A DNA stretch of 61,324 nt, counting the filler, from Globobulimina sp. (taxonomy: Eukaryota), in NCBI GenBank assembly GCA_003354225.1. It is 13 parts of 13 records of this genome, joined end to end, with 100 filler letters (N's around TTAATTAATTAA, not from the genome) between each part and the next. Parts side by side here need not be neighbours in the genome. Positions count along the whole stretch, not along the records: positions 33,107 to 37,729 come from PIVH01001054.1; positions 37,830 to 42,451 come from PIVH01001055.1; positions 42,552 to 47,173 come from PIVH01001056.1; 10 more parts are not named here. One strand, written 5' to 3'. Within the stretch, counting starts at the first letter, position 1, and the number at the start of each line of letters is the position of its first letter. The translations under genes and the position numbers were made by a program. Positions 36,957-47,273 of the stretch are shown here, piece after piece. A model generated the notes under the pieces. The model saw only the letters and a program-made list of their open reading frames with translations. It searched no databases and was not told the DNA's origin.

Positions 36957-37709
36957 TTATTTTTCTTCCGGTTCCAATGGTTCAATGGTATCAAATATAG
37001 TCATATCAGCTTTCATGACCATCCATGACAATAAACGAAGCAAACCGAACAAGCCAATCATATTTCCAACATTTACCTCATGTGACGATACAATATGACA
37101 ACATTGATTTTCAATGCAAATTTCCGAGACAGTATCAGCAGTACAGGTCAATGTTAATTTTTCGTCCAATATATAATTCGCCACATACCCAAAGACAACA
37201 GCAGGCAAAGTGGCACTCAATGCACATAAAATCAATAATAAATCCTGTTTATGTACATTCGTAACATGTATCCCAACAATTAATTTCGTTAAATGTGTAT
37301 ACCACAAATTTAAATTAATGCAAAAATAGTCAATTATAAAAAATAAACACCAGAAACCATATGCAATCATCCAAACGTTAGTATTTTTATAGTAAGTATT
37401 TTTATAATGATTTAACACCACAATAATTGTCAACGGAGTACATACGAACCCAATAAATGTTGATACATAATGTCTATCTTTGAATTTATTATTCTGTAAC
37501 TTAACAAAATCGATTGATGATAAATCATCCGCCGACGTTAACTGTTTATTATTATTATGCCTTCTCATATTTTTAACCATTAATGTATGTGCAATAAATA
37601 CACATAACCGATATGGTGAGAATAATGATAATGTTTTTTGTGAGCAGCAGAAAATATGCAATATACAATAAGTAAATGTACATAAAATGAATGGGATTAT
37701 AAAATGCAA
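36957..37709 (-). CDS. Multi-pass membrane hypothetical protein
   Basis: 250-aa ORF with several TM helices and a Cys-rich loop. True start uncertain. Confidence 0.55.
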   Translation of the reverse strand: MHFIIPFILCTFTYCILHIFCCSQKTLSLFSPYRLCVFIAHTLMVKNMRRHNNNKQLTSADDLSSIDFVKLQNNKFKDRHYVSTFIGFVCTPLTIIVVLNHYKNTYYKNTNVWMIAYGFWCLFFIIDYFCINLNLWYTHLTKLIVGIHVTNVHKQDLLLILCALSATLPAVVFGYVANYILDEKLTLTCTADTVSEICIENQCCHIVSSHEVNVGNMIGLFGLLRLLSWMVMKADMTIFDTIEPLEPEEK

Positions 37710-37829
37710 CGATATGAATATAAATAATGNNNNNNNNNNNNNNNNNNNNNNNNNNNNNNNNNNNNNNNNNNNNTTAATTAATTAANNNNNNNNNNNNNNN
37801 NNNNNNNNNNNNNNNNNNNNNNNNNNNNN

Positions 37830-38182
37830 TTGGTGCATCTTTTTGTTCTGTTAAATATTTCAAAATGCTTGCTTCAGACAATATATTTTCTTTAATATTC
37901 TGAAATTGAGTGCCATTAAAAACTGCAATTCTATTCTCATGTAAATGTTTGTTGGTCACTTTGATAACAACAGGGACATTTGTTGATTTTCCAAGTGCTT
38001 TATAAACACTACCTATGTAATTGTAATCAGTCGGATTGATTACGAGTGGTTTACTAATCGTATGTAAACAATCAAAAACAGAGGAAATATATACCTTGCA
38101 AAGAATCTGCGAGTTTTATCACATTGATATATCCAGCCTTGTTAATTGATGCTAGTAGTTCTCTATCAAACTGGGCGGACAT
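37830..38182 (-). CDS. Protein kinase N-lobe, truncated; intron 38013-38094
   Basis: After splicing an 82-nt intron: KLADSLQGSVYKA...VVIKVT...ENILSEASILKYL (VAIK lysine and helix C Glu). Confidence 0.75.
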
Positions 38183-38268
38183 TATTGAGGAAGAAGTAAA
38201 ATGTTGTGGTTTTTTTGAATTTTGATGTCTCAAAGTTTAATAATCATGGCACTCTAATTACATCACAT

Positions 38269-39801
38269 ATGGCCTCAGTAGAATTACGATCTGTTGACAA
38301 CGACGATAAAGCGTTATTAAAAGATTCTCATCATTTCTATTACACAGAAATCCAAGACCAGACAACACCGAAAGATGTTTTATTTCATGAGGACTCAACT
38401 GATGAGACCCAAACACCTAAAAAAATGCCTCCCAAAACATACGTTTCAAGCATGCTTTCTTTTTTTGGTTATGATCAAGAAGCCAAAGCAACTGTGTTGT
38501 CCACAGCAATCAATATATCAAACTCAAACATTGGTGCTGGCATTTTAGGTTTGTTGCTAACATATTTTTATCTGTTACCACAAGTATATATATATATATA
38601 TACTTGTATAGGTTTGCCGTACGCCATGGCCCACACCGGCTGGATAACCGGCATTATCTTAGCCGGCGTATTCACGTTCACTTCCATTGTCGTCATGCAT
38701 TTCCAAATGATAATTGGCCGCAATTTAGGTGGCACAGCTTCATACGCAATCGCATGCAAAGCCATAGTGCCAAAATTTCAAATATTTGCGGACGCATCCA
38801 TTGGTTTGATGTGTTTTGGTGCCATTTGTGCCTATTTCATTATAATTGGCGATAATATGTCTGCAGTTATGGCCCACAGAGATTTCAATTTAAGCTCAGA
38901 CCATATATTGACAAAAAGACAACTATGGATCGCAGTGTTTTCAATGTTGTTCATTATTCCAACTACTTCTTTACGTAAGTTAGATGCATTGAGATTCACC
39001 TCTGGCATCGCTTTATTATGCTTCAGCTATGTCTTAATCATATTTATTGTATATACTTTTATCGACGAGTTGCATTTCGGCGATCCGGATTTCGATCATC
39101 TGGGCGATGTCCATGGCTTTGAAGGTGATTTTTTGGACGTTTTCAAAGCTATTCCAATTTGGTTGTTTGCATACGGTGGTCAATCATTGTCGTTTACCGC
39201 CAGCACAGAGTTGCAAAACAATACTCCGCAAAGGATAAATTGCACAATTTTATTAGCATATTTCTTTGTGACTACAGTATATACAACAATTGCTTTGTTG
39301 GGTTATTATGCGTTTGGTGACTTTGTTGAGTCGAATGCTTTGGTTAATTTCCCATCCAATGACGAAGCAATAATGATTGTTCGCATTGGGTTATCGATTG
39401 CTGTGGCATTTTCTGTGCCGGTTTTAGCCAATCCATTGAAGCATTCTTTAGCCTCTTTGTTATGGAGGAAGAACCGCGACGGTAATGAGGATGCGTCCAC
39501 ATTGCCAACAATTAAGTTTTTTGGGATATCGTATGCTATTGTTTTGGGTGCTTTTTGTATCTCGATGTTTATTGATGATTTAGGAATTGTTTTGTCAGTG
39601 ATTGGAGGCACAGCGGGAGTGGCTGTCCGGTTGATTATACCTGCGGTGTTTTACTATTTCTCTGATAATATGGATTGTGATGCAATATCTAACAATCCGT
39701 GTCATAATACGAAAAGGATTATTGCTGTGGTTTTTTTTGTAACTGGTGTTGTGTTGGTTCCTTTGTCTCTCACTGTCACTATAATTGATTTTTATAATTG
39801 A
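38269..39801 (+). CDS. AAAP/SLC38-type amino acid transporter; in-frame 63-nt intron 38549-38611
   Basis: NSNIGAGILG|LPYA, SLRKLDALRFTS and GYYAFG, with multiple TM helices. Confidence 0.92.
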   Translation: MASVELRSVDNDDKALLKDSHHFYYTEIQDQTTPKDVLFHEDSTDETQTPKKMPPKTYVSSMLSFFGYDQEAKATVLSTAINISNSNIGAGILGLLLTYFYLLPQVYIYIYTCIGLPYAMAHTGWITGIILAGVFTFTSIVVMHFQMIIGRNLGGTASYAIACKAIVPKFQIFADASIGLMCFGAICAYFIIIGDNMSAVMAHRDFNLSSDHILTKRQLWIAVFSMLFIIPTTSLRKLDALRFTSGIALLCFSYVLIIFIVYTFIDELHFGDPDFDHLGDVHGFEGDFLDVFKAIPIWLFAYGGQSLSFTASTELQNNTPQRINCTILLAYFFVTTVYTTIALLGYYAFGDFVESNALVNFPSNDEAIMIVRIGLSIAVAFSVPVLANPLKHSLASLLWRKNRDGNEDASTLPTIKFFGISYAIVLGAFCISMFIDDLGIVLSVIGGTAGVAVRLIIPAVFYYFSDNMDCDAISNNPCHNTKRIIAVVFFVTGVVLVPLSLTVTIIDFYN

Positions 39802-40051
39802 TTTACACTGACTTATTATAGATATATCCAGCTCATTCGTTTGGATTTGTATAAATGAATTCAATTCCTTATTAACTTAAAAAATGAGTCATCACAGTAA
39901 AAAAAACAAAAAATGATAAAATGCGCAATAAATTTCTATCTTTATTAAGTAGGTAATCAAACATAATAAAAGAGAAACATTGCCTTTGTATGTTGTTTAT
40001 TAACTATACATTTCGCGAAATTGCGTACAATAATCAAATGTATATTATAAT

Positions 40052-40243
40052 TTAACCGAATTGATGACACTCACATCGACTTCGACAATACCGATGTCTT
40101 GATGCACAACCCCATGTAAATGGATTTGCAACACATAACCAATACGCAGCACAACAGGTCGTGCAAAAAGCATTCGCACTCGACACAGAACTGAATAATA
40201 ATGATACCACCAACATTAATGTCAATAAGTGTAATACTTTCAT
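40052..40243 (-). CDS. Small secreted Cys-rich peptide (63 aa, 8 Cys)
   Basis: Clean signal peptide ending VSSA, then a 40-aa mature part with 8 Cys. The ORF is an island of higher GC in AT-rich intergenic DNA. Confidence 0.75.
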   Translation of the reverse strand: MKVLHLLTLMLVVSLLFSSVSSANAFCTTCCAAYWLCVANPFTWGCASRHRYCRSRCECHQFG

Positions 40244-40354
40244 TTTTTTATTTTTTGATTATTAACAGTGTAAATAGATATATTGTGTGAAAGAAGAGTG
40301 AGAAAGGATGTTATTAAAGTTGAAGTTTGAATGAAAAGCTGAAAAGCGGACAAA

Positions 40355-42451
40355 TTAATAAAATTCATTACAAGAACAAACCCCATTTTCAAACACATGC
40401 ACACGATTTGCGTCAGAAACTATAATTTTTCTATTTTCAGTCAACGATGCTAACCTAACAAAGTCATGACAATCGCTGCATATTCTTAAATTCTTATTAA
40501 TTACAATAACGTATTCATTCGCGGTACTCAACAAACCAAACGACAACGCGATCTTTTCTGAATGTCGCCAAAGTACATATTCCTCCGTTTCGTCACTACG
40601 TAACTCTCTTGTTACTAAACTATAATTATGTTCATATCCATGCTCACTTTTAAATTTCTCACATAATTCGCCCAACTTACTATCAATTAACGCATACTCT
40701 TTCTCCTTCTCTCCAACATTCCGTAAGTACTCATTCCCTGCATAGAACTTATGCAATTTTCCATAAACATCAATCTCTGAAAACCCAGGCTCTTTTTTCC
40801 ACCCATTCACCTTCATCAAATTTCTTATTCTTTTAACTTTGTCATACTCCCCATTTGAAGCATAGATATTTCTCAACATCACCGAGGCCGCAGCCATCCT
40901 GGCATCGTATTTCTTGTTCCCTTTGAATCGTAGTATCATTTCATTATACACTGTTTCAGCCATATCCTGATCCTTATATTTAATACACCCATTCAACAAA
41001 GACCCCCACATCACATCATCATACCCGCCAACATCCTCATTGCTCGTTTCATATTCAATGATTATCTCAAATGCTTTGCGTAAACTTCCTTTCCTCGATA
41101 AACAATCAACAAACGCTGCAATGACGTAACAATTATATCTAACATCGACATTTATTTGCTGCCATATTTCCTGAGCTTGTCCATCATCGCCGGAATAACT
41201 GCAGGCAATTAACAGTGCCATATATGTCTTATCATTCGCAACCAAATCAGTTTCATTTTGCATGCTGTCATAGAGTTGTTTTGCTTTGCTAAGATTACCC
41301 AGTTTGCCATGGGAATGAATCATGGCGTTCCAAATGGATATTTGCGATCTGTATTTGTTAAAATCATATTTGCGAAGTTTGTTGAATATATCCTCGCAAA
41401 TATGTAACATCCCGCACTTTGCGTACATGTTAATAAGGTTTACAATGATCGAGGTATCATTCAATATACTTTTGTTTTGGTAGAGATTCTGTTTCAGTTT
41501 GTCATGCATTGCTTGTCCAAAATAAAAAGATGTTCCATTGGTGCACGCTCGGAATAATATTTGATAGGATGTGAGTGTCGGCGACAATGATGTATTTGCG
41601 AGAATATGTTTAAATAATTCAATACATTGCGAATTTGCTCTATTTGTAACATACGCCGCTAACATAACATTAATACAAATTATATTCTTTTCACAGTCAA
41701 TATTATTGAATATATCAACTGCATTGTTTAAATCGCCACATTTGCCATACATATCAATCAAAGCAGTGTTTGCAATCACATTGTCAGCCAACAAATGCCT
41801 AATTTTATCATGAATTTCTTTTCCTTTTGTTAACATATTTGCATCGCCGCAGGCATTCAACGCAACAATATGTGATATTTCATTTAATTTATATTTACCA
41901 TTTAACGCAATCTCATCATACAATTCCAATGCATTCACACCTCCACTGCTCTTGACATAGGCTGTCATCATCGCGTTAATAGTGATTATATCTTTTTTAT
42001 CATCGCTCATTGCATTGTATATATCGATGGCGGTTTGTATTTGCAATGAATGTCCATAGAAATCAATCAGTGAATTTAATAACGCAGCATGTGTTTCTGC
42101 AGTTATTTGAGATATAATTTTATCCGCAATCTGTGTACCTTTCTCATAATCGTTCATATTTTTAGCTGCTTTAATGGCCATTGTATGACATATATCGTCT
42201 AATTCCAAGCCAACATTATCATATAACACCAACGCTTCCTCATATTCTTCGTTTTTAACATACGCGTTCATCATAGCTACAATAGCAACCACATCGATTT
42301 CATGTTTGTTGAATGAATGAAACACATCCAATGCACTCGTAATACTCAAACACTTTCCATATGCGATGATCAATGCTGTTTTAATGAAATGTGTTTTGCC
42401 GTCGGTACAGCAAATATAAGCGTCGCATAACAATGAATGGATGAATTGCAA
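40355..42451 (-). CDS. PLS-like PPR protein with E/E+ region and DYW cytidine deaminase domain; 5' truncated
   Basis: PPR repeats (NTALIDMYGKCGDL, WNAMIHSHG), PG box (KKEPGFSEI), HSEKIA, KNLRICSDCH and H.F.NG.CSCNEFY. Confidence 0.95.
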   Translation of the reverse strand: MQFIHSLLCDAYICCTDGKTHFIKTALIIAYGKCLSITSALDVFHSFNKHEIDVVAIVAMMNAYVKNEEYEEALVLYDNVGLELDDICHTMAIKAAKNMNDYEKGTQIADKIISQITAETHAALLNSLIDFYGHSLQIQTAIDIYNAMSDDKKDIITINAMMTAYVKSSGGVNALELYDEIALNGKYKLNEISHIVALNACGDANMLTKGKEIHDKIRHLLADNVIANTALIDMYGKCGDLNNAVDIFNNIDCEKNIICINVMLAAYVTNRANSQCIELFKHILANTSLSPTLTSYQILFRACTNGTSFYFGQAMHDKLKQNLYQNKSILNDTSIIVNLINMYAKCGMLHICEDIFNKLRKYDFNKYRSQISIWNAMIHSHGKLGNLSKAKQLYDSMQNETDLVANDKTYMALLIACSYSGDDGQAQEIWQQINVDVRYNCYVIAAFVDCLSRKGSLRKAFEIIIEYETSNEDVGGYDDVMWGSLLNGCIKYKDQDMAETVYNEMILRFKGNKKYDARMAAASVMLRNIYASNGEYDKVKRIRNLMKVNGWKKEPGFSEIDVYGKLHKFYAGNEYLRNVGEKEKEYALIDSKLGELCEKFKSEHGYEHNYSLVTRELRSDETEEYVLWRHSEKIALSFGLLSTANEYVIVINKNLRICSDCHDFVRLASLTENRKIIVSDANRVHVFENGVCSCNEFY

Positions 42452-42551
42452 NNNNNNNNNNNNNNNNNNNNNNNNNNNNNNNNNNNNNNNNNNNNTTAAT
42501 TAATTAANNNNNNNNNNNNNNNNNNNNNNNNNNNNNNNNNNNNNNNNNNNN

Positions 42552-43423
42552 GGGCTGATGACAGCGTTGCTGCGTTAATAAAGATTTTGGAAGATGAAGG
42601 GGTATATGATGAGACATTTGTGGTTTTAATGAATGATCAGGGAATGGGTGCAAAAGGTTCATTGTATGAGCAGGGAACGCGCATGTTTCAATTTATTCGA
42701 TTCCCGCCCTATTTTGATACGAGTAGCAGTGGTGGGACTATCGTGGTGCCTGAGGATTATATTGTATCCAATATGGATTTAGCAGCGGTGTTATTTGATG
42801 TGGCGGCGATTGACGGTGCAAGTTTATATGATATGGAAGGTGTGTCGTGGATTGATGATGTACTCGAAGGTGTGTTGCAAGCAGGAAATGGATGGCTCGC
42901 TACTCCGTCGTGTTGCAAATACAGATACAATGATGTTCAAAATTCACATTCTATCGTCAGTAAAAACTGGAAATATATTTATAGAGCAAATAGTGTGTTA
43001 ACAAATGATGACATTCCAGATAAGTATGCGGATGCTTCTGCTGTGGAACAATTATATAATTTAAATACAGACCCAAATGAACAGGATAATCAAATAAATA
43101 ATGAGTTGTTAATTGGTACAATAAATGAATTCCAACAGTTAATGCGTAACTACATAGCGGACGTTGTTTGTACAGAATTAAGTGTAGTTTGCAAAATGCC
43201 CGATATTAGTTCCATTGCGCAACAGCAATGGCCACAACCACCATCATTTCTGCCGTCATTAAATCGATTGGAAGTGGCAATTTGTATTTTGTTATTAGCA
43301 AATTTAGCGTTTCTCATTGTATGTATATTTAAAAAAAATAAAGTTACGGCAAGAGGTACAGTATTATTATACATGGCTCAAATTTATTTGATACAGAAAC
43401 AGCGCGGGAGTGGGAAGAAATGA
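42552..43423 (+). CDS. Sulfatase, C-terminal half (5' truncated), with a C-terminal TM segment
   Basis: DDSV..L..LE..G....TFVVLMNDQG...KGSLYEQGTR, SNMDLA, WKYI and LYNLNTDPNEQ. Confidence 0.85.
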
Positions 43424-43881
43424 TTGGCATCAGACCAAACGGTGCGCTATGGTCAGACCAAGACGCCGTATACACTCATTTTATTGATTGTACTTATTTT
43501 GATCTACGGAATAATATACCAAATGCGCCGCCTAGTCGTAAAATGTTATGCCTAATTGACGGGTATATTCGGCTGGAAGTAAAGCCAATTGCTAATATTG
43601 TTCCTGCAACCATTGTAGATTTAATTGGAAGCTTTATTGTCGGATATGTGGGTCCAAATTGCAAAGTTATAGATATGGCAATGAATAATTTAGCACGAGA
43701 AGAAGGAAACAACGTCAATATTATATTATTAACTAACACTAATATCACCGACGTCATTTTTCTTCCAGATATGACATGCGCTTTTGATAATATTTTTTGC
43801 ATAGATGCGATGGAAGACGCTGTAACACTTAAAACTTGGATATCCACTCATCCAAGAAAACAATTATTATTAGACCATTAA
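43420..43881 (+). CDS. Hypothetical protein carrying the LxxGYIR...P motif
   Basis: 153-aa ORF containing LIDGYIRL...IVPATIVDLIGSF. Confidence 0.55.
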   Translation: MIGIRPNGALWSDQDAVYTHFIDCTYFDLRNNIPNAPPSRKMLCLIDGYIRLEVKPIANIVPATIVDLIGSFIVGYVGPNCKVIDMAMNNLAREEGNNVNIILLTNTNITDVIFLPDMTCAFDNIFCIDAMEDAVTLKTWISTHPRKQLLLDH

Positions 43882-44380
43882 ACCATCGTTTTGTTGTACA
43901 TATTTTAGTGTGCGTGTTAAAAGATTTTCATATTTGTCAAATGATTAAATTAAGTTATTTTTTATTATACGTTTATTTTTTTTGTAAATATATTTATCAT
44001 TTATTTTTTTTATGACAAATTTCATACAGTTATGGTCTTTTATTTGTCATTTTTTCGTTGTTTGTATACCTTTTACTAGTTGTTTGTATACATTTTTTTT
44101 TGTTGTCTCTGAAGCGATATTATTTTGTAATGCCTTTTTTGCTACTTTTGGCAATTTTTATATGTATTTGTTACGGATTACACGTTTATGTGTTTTGTTT
44201 ATGTTTTTGTGTTTCATTGCGATTATGATATTGTTTCGGTATATAATATGTGTCTGTGTTTATTTCAACGATTTTAGTTTCAATTTTGATTAGCAAAAAA
44301 TTAAATCCGTCAAAGTTCGCAGCCAAAAAACTATCTTGTAACATCAAACAAAAAAACTTCCAGTCGCTCTCTTTTCATCG

Positions 44381-44403
44381 CTCTCTCTCTCTCTCTCTCT
44401 CTC
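44381..44403 (+). repeat. (CT)n microsatellite
   Basis: About 11 CT units immediately upstream of the MGNC gene. Confidence 0.9.
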
Positions 44404-44426
44404 AAGTCCAAGTCCTGTTTAAAAAC

Positions 44427-44696
44427 ATGGGCAATTGTAATTGGTGTAGACGTACACAACGTAATACTGGAACATTGCGCAATACTCACCCACAACACGT
44501 ACATAATGATAATTCGCAAGACTTTGCGGCGCGGTGTGCAGCAGCTCGCAAAGTGTTGGAAGAGCTCAAATTGGAGAGAAAGCGCAAAGTGTTGCAGTGG
44601 CACAAGGATTTGCGTGCAATGCATGACAGTGATCAATTACCAGCTGGTTATGTCCCGTATGACCGGGCAAACCCATTAATTATACCTAAAAATTAA
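44427..44696 (+). CDS. Small, putatively N-myristoylated/palmitoylated protein (89 aa, MGNCNWC)
   Basis: AAAACATG start context, MGxC motif, and a diverged inverted copy that keeps the frame. Confidence 0.65.
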   Translation: MGNCNWCRRTQRNTGTLRNTHPQHVHNDNSQDFAARCAAARKVLEELKLERKRKVLQWHKDLRAMHDSDQLPAGYVPYDRANPLIIPKN

Positions 44697-44947
44697 AATT
44701 AGCAATAAATTGAGTTTAATTAAGATTACTATTTAGATATTGATATTCATCATAATATTATATATCAAATAGTGATAAGACATATTGTTTGATTTATCTG
44801 TGACATTGTTTTTAACTTTTTTTTTTATTAATTATTGTATGATTGTATATATCCATTACTCCAAATTCTCATAAATTGTCTTATTTGTATTGAGTGCAAG
44901 TGCAAGGATGTTACTCTAATAAATATGGTTCTGTTTTCAAACTTAAG

Positions 44948-46540
44948 ATGATGGCGGCAGCGTTACCGACAAAAGGACAGCATATCACTAGTACTCCCGA
45001 AGGAACACCGACATTGGGCCTAGGGAATGGAGCAAACATAAGCAAGTTACCACCGCCTCCAATCAGAAAGAATAAATCCTCATTTGATTTAAATGCATGG
45101 CTGAACTCCAACAATTTATGCAACATTAAACATCTATTCATCAAACACAAAATGACCACATATCATTCAATCACCACTTCCAACACAAATTTTGCATTAT
45201 TGATCTCCGAGAAAGTAATCATTGAATCCAACATATTATCAAATGTAGTGATTGCAATTCAAAAACTACACTTAACTCATCGCCATCGGTCCCACTCTGA
45301 AAACGACGAAACAACCGATGAGAATGAGAGCGATTACAACGAGAACGAGGAAGCCCGGCAAGAGTTCCATTGCAACACTGAATATATTGTAATATCGCCC
45401 GACGAACAGCAGGTTTTAACCGCATTGAAACAGTCCTTATTCGAGATGAACAAAATAAAAACACAGTTGAAGCAAATCCAAAGCAATTACATGGAAAATA
45501 AAAATAAAACAGAAAATAATAAACTAAAATGCATCGCCAAATGCAAAGAGAAAATAAATGCGACTTTTTGGAGTTTGAATGAAATGATTAAAAATCGGCA
45601 GCAATGTTTGTTGCAGGAATTGGATGCAATGCATTTGAAACAATTGAATCTGAAAAATAATAAAATAATCGAGATCAATTTCAGCGACATTTTTAATGAA
45701 ATTGCGTTTCACGAAAAATATATAAATAATAAAATAAATGACTACAAGTCGCTGATTGAAAATACAAAATCAAGTTAACATTGCATAGAAAACGTGTTTC
45801 TGTGCAACTTCTGTTTATTGTATACAGATTATAATAATTTTGAGGATATCCAAGTTATTAATGATGACACGAAAAAAGTGCGCGTCCGACGACATTCTAT
45901 CATTAAAATGGGAAATGACACACAGAATTTACACAAGCGACAGACCCGGCATATCATTGCGGAGTTTGCCAAAATAAAACAAAGTATAAACAGTGAGCTG
46001 ATGCAACGAAATATTGACTTTATTCTGGATGAGAATTATTTAAATAATTTCTTAATTTATATGCAAAATACATTTGGATTGATTTTGGAAAACATTCCCA
46101 TTCCAAATATAAAGAATGTATCCTTTGCCTTGCAGTGTGACAATAAATTAATAATTGAATTAAATGAGAACAGCGATGATGATATTTATAAAGTATTACG
46201 ATATGAAATTGCATATTGTTATAAATACCAAGCACTCGAAAAAGAGCAAGAAGAGCAAGAAGAAGAGGAGAAATCATGCGATTCCGCATCGAGTGAATTA
46301 TTTATCCAAAATATCACCGAAGGCGGTGATAAAATGAATGGAAATTTAAATTTTAATACGAATATGGACAAAAACCAAGACATTTTATGGAAATTGACAG
46401 AGATTGAAACAAATAATAAATCTAAAATAAGCGCCAAAATCGAGCAAATAGCGCAAGAAAAATGTAATGATTCAAAATGTGTGGCACTGCACGCAAATCC
46501 TTGTGCCACTGCAACACTTTGCGCTTTCTCTCAAACTTGA
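44948..46540 (+). CDS. SAM-like/coiled-coil protein; intron 45774-45827; 3' end runs into the inverted copy of the MGNC gene
   Basis: LNAWLNSNNL (SAM-like) and INATF..L...IKNRQQCLLQEL (coiled coil). A 54-nt intron keeps the frame. Confidence 0.65.
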
Positions 46541-46684
46541 GCTCTTCCAACACTTTGCGAGCTGCTGCACACTGCGCCGCAAAGTCTTTCTCATTATCAT
46601 TATGTACGTGTTGTGGGTGAGTATTGCGCAATGTTCCAGTATTACGTTGTGTACGTCTACACCAATTACAATTGCCCATGTTTT
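46484..46684 (-). repeat. 201-bp inverted copy of 44422-44622 (truncated MGNC gene paralog, ATG at 46679)
   Basis: Reverse complement alignment with 7 mismatches counted by eye and no indels. Confidence 0.93.
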
Positions 46685-46848
46685 CAAAATCAGACGAGAC
46701 TGCAAACAATTAAACTTTTGAAACGAAAGCAAACCTAATTAGTTAGCTAATCTGTGAGTGGTTTGTATATGTTTTTAAAATGAAAGGCACCTACAAACAA
46801 AAAAAACACTGATAAATCCGAACAAATTTTGCAAAGGTGACAATCAGA

Positions 46849-47173
46849 ATGGCAGTGTTAATTGCATCATTGTTAATATTCTTATTCAAATGTTCATTGG
46901 CAGCTGTAACTCGGCCAACACTTTCATTCAAACCTAATTTCTTAATTATCGTAGTGGACAACTTTCAATATACTACATATTGGGACCATTCGTATCCACA
47001 GGGAACAACCTTAGCAAATGGCAACGTCGTGTCTTATGTGGATGTTTACCTTCCAACCATCGAATCCTTCATCGATGAAAGTATTGTATTTCCGCGTACC
47101 TATGCCAACCCAATGTGTGCTGTTTCAAGATTTTCTATTTTAACTGGAAGGCAGGCCGTGAGATCTGAATATT
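46849..47173 (+). CDS. Sulfatase, N-terminal part with signal peptide (truncated)
   Basis: KPNFLIIVVD...F...YANPMCAVSRFSILTGR sulfatase signature. Confidence 0.88.
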
Positions 47174-47273
47174 NNNNNNNNNNNNNNNNNNNNNNNNNNN
47201 NNNNNNNNNNNNNNNNNTTAATTAATTAANNNNNNNNNNNNNNNNNNNNNNNNNNNNNNNNNNNNNNNNNNNN

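Noticed and set aside
44422-46684. DNA transposon or Pack-MULE with 200-bp TIRs
   Set aside because: There is no target-site duplication in the flanks and no transposase, and the arms are coding sequence of a small gene.
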